Made by a program: the position numbers and the translations under genes
Shown: positions 8,389 to 15,371 of the stretch, piece by piece
Layout of the letters: the number at the start of each line of letters is the position of its first letter
How positions within the stretch are numbered: position 1 is the stretch's first letter
NCBI GenBank assembly: GCA_018650165.1
Contig: JABIGM010000048.1
Coordinates: 1 to 16,168 of the forward strand
DNA: 16,168 nt
Direction of reading: 5' to 3'
From: Methanobacteriota archaeon
GTDB lineage: Archaea > Thermoplasmatota > Poseidoniia > Poseidoniales > Poseidoniaceae
The notes under the pieces: generated by a model
What the model was told of the DNA's origin: nothing
What the model saw: the letters and a program-made list of their open reading frames with translations, nothing else
Databases searched by the model: none

Positions 8389-9209
8389 TGGTTGAGACTC
8401 CTAAAGTTGCAGTATTATTCGGATTTGGGATAAACTGTGATAGAGAAACTGCAGCAGTATTCGAGTTAGCTGGAGCGGTTAGTGAGAGAGTTCACGTAAA
8501 CCATTTCGTTAATGGCGACAGAGATTTGTCAGAATACCACATTCTAGCCGTGCCCGGTGGCTTTTCTTTTGGCGACCACCTCGGTTCTGGCCGTCTATTA
8601 GGAAACAGAATGCGCTTTGCAATGCGAGAACAACTTACAGCATTCGTCGCTGCTGGGAAACCAATTATTGGAATTTGTAATGGATTCCAAGTATTGGTAA
8701 AAACAGGACTACTCCCTGGAAAAGAAGTGCCAGATTTTGAACAGAGAGCTAGCCTGACACTAAACAACAGCGGCCGGTATGAAGATAGATGGGTGACTTT
8801 GGAATTCGACCCCGAGAGCCCATGTATTTGGACGAAAGGAATCACACGAATTGAATGTCCAGTTAGACACGGAGAAGGCCGCTTTGTTATGCCTGCGTCT
8901 TCAGATTTAGACGCCTTGGACGCATCCAATCAAATTGTAACTCGATATGTTGACCCATCAACCGAGCCAGGTAAAGGAATTACAGACGAAACACTCCCGT
9001 TCCCATTATGTCCCAACGGCAGCATTAGAAATATCGCAGGAATCTGCGATCCTACTGGATTAGTATTCGGGCTAATGCCTCATCCTGAAGCAGCATATGC
9101 AACATTCCTCCACCCTCACCACACACGTAGTGATGTTAACGAAGAAATATTGGCTGAAGGAATGCAGATTTTTCGAAATGCTGTAGAATATGCCCAAGCA
9201 AACCTTTGA
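8388..9209 (+). CDS. purQ: Phosphoribosylformylglycinamidine synthase glutaminase subunit PurQ
   Basis: Motifs are GINCDRET, PGGFSFGD, GICNGFQ (catalytic Cys), VRHGEG and MPHPE (His-x-Glu). The ATG at 8388 is chosen over the GTG at 8385 from SD spacing. Confidence 0.96.
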   Translation: MVETPKVAVLFGFGINCDRETAAVFELAGAVSERVHVNHFVNGDRDLSEYHILAVPGGFSFGDHLGSGRLLGNRMRFAMREQLTAFVAAGKPIIGICNGFQVLVKTGLLPGKEVPDFEQRASLTLNNSGRYEDRWVTLEFDPESPCIWTKGITRIECPVRHGEGRFVMPASSDLDALDASNQIVTRYVDPSTEPGKGITDETLPFPLCPNGSIRNIAGICDPTGLVFGLMPHPEAAYATFLHPHHTRSDVNEEILAEGMQIFRNAVEYAQANL

Positions 9210-9233
9210 GAAAGGTAATGCCACCACTCGTTC

Positions 9234-9971
9234 ATGGCGAGCGAGAAGTTGTACATGGAGAGCATCGATGCATGCTACCTTAGGGGTTTTTCAGCTACAG
9301 TTATTGCTGCTGACGAAACTTCAGTAACACTCGACAAAACCCTATTTTATCCGTTAGGAGGTGGACAAAACTGGGATACAGGCACCCTTTCATGGAGTGG
9401 CGGGGAACTGAATGTCACAGAAGTCAGAGGACGTAGCGAAGTTCAGCATTTCATCGGGGAAGATCATGGATTAGAAATCGGAGAAACCGTAGAGGGAGAA
9501 ATTGATTGGGAGCGCCGGCATGCACACATGCGGATGCACACAGCTCAGCATTTAGTCAGCGGAATAGTCTACGAGATGTATGGTGGGGCTAGAACCGTTG
9601 GAAACCAAATACATGCGAACCGCTCACGAATTGATTTTAATCCAGTAAAATTTACAGATGAAATGATTGAAGAATTATTCCATAAAGCAAACGAAATGGT
9701 CGACACGAATATGGCAGTTACAGATTGTATTATGACGAGAGCAGAAATCAATGCAATCATGCCCCCGGAAAGAACTAATATGGATTTACTTCCAATTTCA
9801 GTAAAGCAACTCCGAGTCATAAAAATCGGAGACAATGTAGACCTATGCCCTTGCGCAGGAACGCACATCAGAGCCCTCGGGGAGATTGGAGACCTCGAGT
9901 TCATAGGTCGAAAAAACAAGGGGAAAGGAACAACTCGCGTTAGCTACACACTTGGTGGCTGTGAGGATTGA
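9234..9971 (+). CDS. alaX: Free-standing alanyl-tRNA editing protein AlaX (AlaX-M size)
   Basis: 245 aa with an N-terminal barrel carrying FYPLGGGQNWDTG, the Zn ligands HTAQH (HxxxH) and CAGTH (CxxxH), and the SRIDF motif. Confidence 0.93.
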   Translation: MASEKLYMESIDACYLRGFSATVIAADETSVTLDKTLFYPLGGGQNWDTGTLSWSGGELNVTEVRGRSEVQHFIGEDHGLEIGETVEGEIDWERRHAHMRMHTAQHLVSGIVYEMYGGARTVGNQIHANRSRIDFNPVKFTDEMIEELFHKANEMVDTNMAVTDCIMTRAEINAIMPPERTNMDLLPISVKQLRVIKIGDNVDLCPCAGTHIRALGEIGDLEFIGRKNKGKGTTRVSYTLGGCED

Positions 9972-10034
9972 GACTTACCCATTTACAACTTAGGCTACTT
10001 GAGAAGAAACTACAATATTACCTTTCTGAGAAGC

Positions 10035-10727
10035 CTATAAGTCTAAATCATCATCCAACAATTCAGATACTTCTGATTGAGCATCTTCCCATCCGGCGCG
10101 ATCCCTTTGACGCTGAGCAATAGTGGCAGATTCAACCACTTCTTTCAACGGCTCAACGACACTAGAAGCAGCGCGCCCAGCCTCTATTTTATCTACCATT
10201 TTCCGGTCTTCTCCTAGCCGGTCGGAACGGTCCACTGGGGCTATGGGGCGACTGGGGATTGTTCTAACACCGTGCTCGATATCTTCTACTTCAAGAGTGT
10301 CTGCCATTCGTTCTAAAACATCTTCTGGCGGCAACTGGTTTTTCCAGGGGTTTTGATTCCCAATAGTTTGCACAACACTTGTTTTATCCCGTTTTGCTTG
10401 CTCTGCAAAAACCTGGCCAATATCTTCACTAGATGGAAGTGGCTTTGTCTCGGCCATAGAATTAGCCAACCGTTGTTGTTCTCTAAGAACCGGCCCATGG
10501 GCCTCGTCGTGATCGTATCTATTTGGTGAGGCAGCCATGGCTAACAAGTCTCTAGCGAGCTGGAATAATTCATCCGATTGCGGAGCCTTCGCAATCAAAT
10601 CTCTCACCTTTTTATGGTGGGTGATGCACGACCGGCAACGGTCACTACCGGCAACATCCTTAGCGTCACAGCGTAGACAACAGGCTTGGAACCCCAAGTC
10701 TTTCATTGCTCTACGCGGCATCGCCAT
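10035..10727 (-). CDS. Hypothetical protein (230 aa) with N-terminal CxxC-x10-CxxC putative zinc-binding motif
   Basis: The likely start is the ATG at 10727 (GGAG 5 nt upstream), giving MAMPRRAMKDLGFQACCLRCDAKDVAGSDRCRSCITHHKK... The rest is charged and helical-looking with an acidic end (LLDDDLDL). It fills the gap between alaX and the M50 gene. The track's extension to 10856 overlaps the opposite-strand gene. Confidence 0.75.
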   Translation of the reverse strand: MAMPRRAMKDLGFQACCLRCDAKDVAGSDRCRSCITHHKKVRDLIAKAPQSDELFQLARDLLAMAASPNRYDHDEAHGPVLREQQRLANSMAETKPLPSSEDIGQVFAEQAKRDKTSVVQTIGNQNPWKNQLPPEDVLERMADTLEVEDIEHGVRTIPSRPIAPVDRSDRLGEDRKMVDKIEAGRAASSVVEPLKEVVESATIAQRQRDRAGWEDAQSEVSELLDDDLDL

Positions 10728-10741
10728 ATCCGCTCCTAACT

Positions 10742-10766
10742 CGCGGAAGCAAAGAATCCTTCCGCG
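10742..10766. repeat. GC-rich inverted repeat CGCGGAAG-N9-CTTCCGCG in the divergent spacer
   Basis: 8-bp arms at 10742-10749 and 10759-10766, extendable by 2 bp across a 2-nt bulge. Confidence 0.75.
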
Positions 10767-10801
10767 CGAGGCTTCAAATCCCACCGGCGCGAGAAAGGAG
10801 T

Positions 10802-11698
10802 ATGGCGAGGGACCCGAGAGCGGATATTCTCGAGGACGACCTCTTTCCAAAGCCAACCCAGAGAATTCACCGAGTCCACGCTCAACGTAGCGATGATGGA
10901 ACTATTCACATTAACACCAAAGGTGGAATGTTTGGAATAAATAATCGACAACCCATTCAGTTGCACAAAGGTAAAATTTGGCATTTTAGCAAAGAAGAAA
11001 AGCACCATCTTTTCCTTGCTACAGCAGCCTTCACACTTGCACTCGGATTACTGAGAGTTGGTGGAATTTTCAATATTGGTGATGGGGGATTGGGAAGTTG
11101 GGCAGCAATTCTTTTACTCTCTATGCCAGTAATGTTAATCGCTGTAGGCCCAGCGTTTTTGTTACACGAAATAGGTCACAAAATAATCGCTAAAAAATAT
11201 GGTTGTTGGGCCGAGTTTAGAGCAGATCCTAGTGGCCTAAAATTTGGAATAATACTTGTGGCACTTACTGGAATCTTGTTCATGGCACCAGGCGCAGTTA
11301 TGGTTGCAGGACTGGTTACTCGCAGACAAAACGGACATATTGCAATCGCAGGGCCAGCTGTGAACTTCGGACTATTCTTAATTGGGATTCCACTTGGTGG
11401 TGTAATCCTGGGCCTCACCGGAGCAGTAGATTCTGCAGATTTAGGTTATTTAACCGGTAGCGCGATAAATCTTAAAGCGATGATTTTTGATGTAGTATTC
11501 TTTTGGATTGCTGCAAACCTTGGATTAGGATTATTCAACCTTATTCCATTTGGTCCACTTGATGGTGCTAAGATCAAAGATTGGAATGAATCGGTTTGGC
11601 TCGCCTCATTTGTAACATTTGCAGCACTAGCGGTTCTATGGTACACAGGAACATTCAATCCAATAGACTTGGCAATAAGTATTGCAGAAATGTTCTGA
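10802..11698 (+). CDS. M50-family (site-2 protease-like) intramembrane zinc metalloprotease
   Basis: HEIGH (HExxH), AIAGPAVN and FNLIPFGPLDG (NxxPxxxxDG), with several hydrophobic segments. The start is uncertain: the ATG at 10802 is preferred and the ATG at 10928 is possible. The track's 10706 start overlaps the divergent gene. Confidence 0.92.
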   Translation: MARDPRADILEDDLFPKPTQRIHRVHAQRSDDGTIHINTKGGMFGINNRQPIQLHKGKIWHFSKEEKHHLFLATAAFTLALGLLRVGGIFNIGDGGLGSWAAILLLSMPVMLIAVGPAFLLHEIGHKIIAKKYGCWAEFRADPSGLKFGIILVALTGILFMAPGAVMVAGLVTRRQNGHIAIAGPAVNFGLFLIGIPLGGVILGLTGAVDSADLGYLTGSAINLKAMIFDVVFFWIAANLGLGLFNLIPFGPLDGAKIKDWNESVWLASFVTFAALAVLWYTGTFNPIDLAISIAEMF

Positions 11699-13423
11699 TT
11701 ATTCTTCCAAGTACGCATTTCGTACCGGAGATTCATCCAAGTGGAAGAAAGAGTATGTTGCCCACCAGGTAATGATATCAAGGCTGTCTACAAGATTACT
11801 AGTTCCAGAATGCTCTTCGCCGTATCCCTTGCCTGTAGTATCCATCCAAGCCTCCATTTCTTCGAGAGTATCACAAGTTTGGTGGTAACACCAGTACCCA
11901 TCAACCAATCCGCCGAACCCCATCGTAACAGTCCCTAGATTATCTTGGAACGCAGCATGATCCGACCTTGCAGTAGTGTCTTCATGAACAATTACTTCCG
12001 GCCTTCCAACGTTCAACCAATCATCTACTTTCCAAGTATCCTCGGGCAAATCAGTACCAAGAAGTGTAGACATTTGTTCTTCGACACCAATCGCATCCGA
12101 GCCAATCCAAAGTGCAAGATTTACCATTCCTGCCTGATTCATGATATCATGGTCGATACTTGGGCCAATGTAAACACGCATTGGCCACACCTCCTCGTCC
12201 TTTGGATAACCATCTGCGTCAACTGCAGTTGCAGGGTCGCCATGAGGCGCCCCCCCGCCACCGGGCCAATTTACCCCAGCCATATCGAGATTCACATAAT
12301 TGGTAACTTCAACGCCAGGATTGTCTTCCTTCACCCAATAATCAGTCCAGTAATCACTTCCGCGCTTACCCCCTTCTTCGCCAGACCACAAACAGAACAC
12401 CATCGTGTTGCGGGTTTTGTAACCACTCATCGATTCAGCCACAGTCATTACCATACTTGTTCCAGCGGTATTGTCGTAGGCTCCAACACGGGTTCCGTAC
12501 GTCCTTTCACCTGTTATGTGGGGATCTATCGCGATTAAATTTGCAGGAGGAGCTACATCGAAATGGGCGCCAAAGACCATCCATTTGTCAGGGTCTTCTT
12601 CTCCCCACCGGTATCCACATATATTGTACGCCTCTGGATTTTGCTTGCCAAATATATCAGTGAATTCAAATCGATGTGCCATGACTTCTAAACCAAAACT
12701 CTCGAGCGTTTGAATCAAGTAAAGAGCACCATCTTCGTAAGCAGCATTTCCTTGCCCCGCCCATCTGTTAAGATAGCCCACCGCTAAATCTGGCTCGGTA
12801 GGGTCGGCGGTTTGGTCTGTGAACATAGAGAGATAATTGTAAGTGGCTCTTCCATTTACAACACCCGTAGAATGGCGACCGCCCTCATCTTCTGAATAAG
12901 CCGCAGCCATTGGGCGTTCAATTGGGATTCTAACCGCAGCAACAGTTCCGCCATTATTTGTAGAAGGCTCAACAGTATCTAACGGGTCACCCGATATTCT
13001 ACTAATTCCCTGGTTGTCCTTTCTTTCATGACCGTCTCGGGCAAACCATGTGCGCCAAGACTCCTCAAGGTCGCGAATAGGCCAGTTTTCTCTTCCAAAT
13101 TCTCCGATGAGAATTACAGCAGTATCTGTTCTAGGAGGGGCCAGTACCGTTAGTAGCGCCGACTCGCCGGCTTTGAGGTCAACTACTGTAGAGTTTTGAA
13201 CAAAGCCAGAATCCGGATTTAAAATTAAATACGGCACAAATGCGGAAAGGTCAGAATCGGCTGCAATGGTCAATCCCTGAAACGTACCCCCTGACAATAA
13301 ACCCGGGGTTACTGTAACATCCTTTGCACTCAAAGATGAATCCTCACCGTCTGCAAAGCATCCACTGAGCGGGGCCAGACAAAATAACAGAACGAGAATA
13401 CCCGCTGTAAATGGCCGCTGCAT
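11699..13423 (-). CDS. M28-family metallopeptidase (aminopeptidase-like), predicted lipoprotein; paralog 1
   Basis: ATG at 13423 with GGAGG just upstream. A signal peptide ends in LSGC (Cys codon 13360-13358). Zn-site motifs are GAHFD, GAYDNTAG, GEEGG, NLDMAG, RSDH and CYHQTCD. Confidence 0.92.
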   Translation of the reverse strand: MQRPFTAGILVLLFCLAPLSGCFADGEDSSLSAKDVTVTPGLLSGGTFQGLTIAADSDLSAFVPYLILNPDSGFVQNSTVVDLKAGESALLTVLAPPRTDTAVILIGEFGRENWPIRDLEESWRTWFARDGHERKDNQGISRISGDPLDTVEPSTNNGGTVAAVRIPIERPMAAAYSEDEGGRHSTGVVNGRATYNYLSMFTDQTADPTEPDLAVGYLNRWAGQGNAAYEDGALYLIQTLESFGLEVMAHRFEFTDIFGKQNPEAYNICGYRWGEEDPDKWMVFGAHFDVAPPANLIAIDPHITGERTYGTRVGAYDNTAGTSMVMTVAESMSGYKTRNTMVFCLWSGEEGGKRGSDYWTDYWVKEDNPGVEVTNYVNLDMAGVNWPGGGGAPHGDPATAVDADGYPKDEEVWPMRVYIGPSIDHDIMNQAGMVNLALWIGSDAIGVEEQMSTLLGTDLPEDTWKVDDWLNVGRPEVIVHEDTTARSDHAAFQDNLGTVTMGFGGLVDGYWCYHQTCDTLEEMEAWMDTTGKGYGEEHSGTSNLVDSLDIITWWATYSFFHLDESPVRNAYLEE

Positions 13424-13509
13424 AACCCTCCGTACCCGCTTTCCCTTCTCAATGCTGCGATTAGATGACAAATCACGAATACGAAGGTTTGATAATCTTC
13501 CAAGTGCAA

Positions 13510-13517
13510 TTATTATA
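13510..13517 (-). promoter_or_regulatory. Possible TATA box for M28 paralog 1
   Basis: TATAATAA on the minus strand, the most AT-rich patch of the spacer, about 90 nt upstream of the ATG at 13423. Position only; no transcript evidence. Confidence 0.3.
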
Positions 13518-13672
13518 TGAGAATAATGGTAATGGTCGCACCACTAATACATGAACTGCTAAGAAAGAGACACTGTTCTAACGGTACCTGCCGTCCACGT
13601 AGAACAAAATATCTCTGGGCTAATATGGTCATGTCTGAACAAGAAGACAGAACCCCAGTTATCGAAGGATAA
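13517..13672 (+). CDS. Candidate 51-aa small protein between the M28 paralogs
   Basis: MRIMVMVAPLIHELLRKRHCSNGTCRPRRTKYLWANMVMSEQEDRTPVIEG*. It is below the track cutoff, and its TAA directly abuts the stop of M28 paralog 2. I recognise no family. Confidence 0.25.
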   Translation: MRIMVMVAPLIHELLRKRHCSNGTCRPRRTKYLWANMVMSEQEDRTPVIEG

Positions 13673-15253
13673 TTACAATTCGTTAGGAACTGGTGTTTGG
13701 TCCATATGCAGGAATGCATAGACGGCCCACCAAGTTACTATATCCCACGAATGAACTAAATTCGCTTCACCGGTTGCACTTTCGGTAACCATGTATTCTT
13801 CCATTGTAGAAAGTTTGTCACAATCCCGGTGATAGCAAGGATACCCGTCAACAACACCATTCCATCCAAGGGTAGCAACTCCTATCTGTTGGAACGAGTC
13901 GTGATCACTTCTTGCGGTTGGACTTTCGTAAATTGCAACCATGTCTTCGTAGTTATTTTGCCACAAAGGAGACTCTCCCGAAGCAGCCCACTCTTCACGA
14001 CCACGCTCGATTTGATAGGACAAGTCAAACGCATCAGCACCAATCCATTCAGCTAAGTGATACATGCCGGGCTGGTCGATTACATCACCACTACCATCTG
14101 GTCCAAGATATACGGAAAGTGCGAAATCTCCCGGGTAATTTATTCCCGCCATATCGAGGTTGAGATAATTACTCACAGTTACTCCATCAGGAATGTCTCC
14201 GGCAAACGCCCCAGAGCCCCAAAGCCCCTCTTCCTCAGAAGACCAAAGGCAGAATACCATCGTTCTCCGAGCATCAAAGTCTGCAAGAACACTAGCGGTT
14301 GTCAGCACCATCGAGGTTCCAGCCGTGTTATCATATGCGCCAGTTCTAGTTCCATATCCTGGAATGCCCGGCCCCGGGGTATATGCAGCAGGAGGGGCAA
14401 TGTCGAAGTGTGCTCCAAAGACCAACCACTCATCAGGATATACGCTTCCAGCCTTATACCCACAAATGTTTACGGCCCACAAAGTTCCCGTTTGGAATCG
14501 ATGAACCTGAACGTCAAGTCCGTACCCAATCATTACGCCTTCAAAGTAGGTGATAGCATCTTCATATGCCGGGTTCCCATTACCAATCCAACGGTCTAAG
14601 TATCCTTTAGCCCCATCTGCAAGGTCTAACGGGTCTGGAGTTTCGTCAGTGATGAAATCGACCCACTCATAGACATCACGGCCATTCAACCAGCCGCCAC
14701 TTGCTCCAACACCATTCTCTTCACCAAGGTCACTTCGTTGATCTCGAAGTGTAGTTAGGTGCTTGATTTCAACACCTCCCCCTGTAGAATTAGCCGGAAT
14801 AATCCAAACCCACTCACCACCGGGGTCTTCATTTGGAGAGGCCATAACAGACGAACCACTTGATGAATCATTCATCCAGTCCATCCAGGACTCATCTGCT
14901 GCACGAATCGGCCAATTTTCACGGCCATAATCTCCAACCAATAATACAACATCTGGGTTTCTTGGGGGAAACAAGATTTTCACATTTACAGTTCTACCCT
15001 TTTCGATATCAAGAACGGTTCCATTTTGCGCTCTTAAAGAACCTGGGTCTTGAATAAAGTAAGGAATAAAAACACTCATATCAGTATCGGCTGACAATTC
15101 TATTGTTGTCCATTCTCCACCGGGAAGATAACCCGGAGAGACCTTTAAGTCACCGGCTTCAACACCACCGGGCCCTTCATCTTCACCAAAGCAGCCAGAT
15201 AGAGAAGCAAGCGACATCACAGCGATCATCATCAGAGCGCGGACTGCATCCAT
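13673..15253 (-). CDS. M28-family metallopeptidase (aminopeptidase-like), predicted lipoprotein; paralog 2
   Basis: The start is probably the ATG at 15253 (15274 is possible). A signal peptide ends in LSGC (Cys codon 15193-15191). Motifs are GAHFD, GAYDNTAG, SEEEG, NLDMAG, RSDH and CYHRDCD, colinear with paralog 1. Confidence 0.92.
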   Translation of the reverse strand: MDAVRALMMIAVMSLASLSGCFGEDEGPGGVEAGDLKVSPGYLPGGEWTTIELSADTDMSVFIPYFIQDPGSLRAQNGTVLDIEKGRTVNVKILFPPRNPDVVLLVGDYGRENWPIRAADESWMDWMNDSSSGSSVMASPNEDPGGEWVWIIPANSTGGGVEIKHLTTLRDQRSDLGEENGVGASGGWLNGRDVYEWVDFITDETPDPLDLADGAKGYLDRWIGNGNPAYEDAITYFEGVMIGYGLDVQVHRFQTGTLWAVNICGYKAGSVYPDEWLVFGAHFDIAPPAAYTPGPGIPGYGTRTGAYDNTAGTSMVLTTASVLADFDARRTMVFCLWSSEEEGLWGSGAFAGDIPDGVTVSNYLNLDMAGINYPGDFALSVYLGPDGSGDVIDQPGMYHLAEWIGADAFDLSYQIERGREEWAASGESPLWQNNYEDMVAIYESPTARSDHDSFQQIGVATLGWNGVVDGYPCYHRDCDKLSTMEEYMVTESATGEANLVHSWDIVTWWAVYAFLHMDQTPVPNEL

Positions 15254-15344
15254 AAGCCGGCCGACAACTACCATCTTGTTGAAACATATGGTTAGAATCT
15301 CATTACCGTTGTGCGGAATACACTTTCCGGTTTTAGGATAAGCG

Positions 15345-15352
15345 TTATACAT
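15345..15352 (+). promoter_or_regulatory. Possible TATA box for a leaderless DDAH transcript
   Basis: TTATACAT starts 27 nt before the ATG at 15372 and is preceded by purine-rich AGGATAAGCG. No SD is evident before the ATG. Confidence 0.35.
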
Positions 15353-15371
15353 GGACCAATGGCCGGATTAG

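Noticed and set aside
141-8929. Short alternative-frame and antisense ORFs inside moeA, the Rlu gene, uvrA, purL and purQ (for example 475-789, 4014-4997, 5316-6017, 8492-8929)
   Set aside because: They lie within well-supported genes and show no recognisable motifs. Long antisense frames are expected shadows of coding sequence.
9218-9283. Out-of-frame 21-codon ORF overlapping the alaX start
   Set aside because: The AAGGT element is too close to its ATG, and the peptide has no features; likely chance.
9234-9971. alaX adjacency to purLQ as a functional link
   Set aside because: The surrounding run mixes unrelated housekeeping genes, and nothing in the sequence links tRNA editing to purine synthesis.
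10706-10856. Mutual overlap of the track ORFs 10035-10856 (-) and 10706-11698 (+)
   Set aside because: An artefact of longest-ORF calling across a stop-poor GC-rich spacer. Starts at 10727 and 10802 remove the overlap.
13513-13719. 68-aa minus-strand ORF overlapping the end of M28 paralog 2
   Set aside because: It overlaps the upstream gene out of frame, has no SD and lacks protein-like features.
11741-15057. Plus-strand ORFs antisense to the M28 genes (for example 11945-12538, 14057-14599)
   Set aside because: Antisense shadows with no motifs; the minus-strand genes have complete catalytic signatures.
15351-15371. ATG at 15351 in frame with DDAH but stopped by TAG at 15369-15371 (possible pyrrolysine or readthrough)
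   Set aside because: The DDAH fold is complete from 15372, the six extra codons add nothing recognisable, and the ATG sits in the probable promoter.
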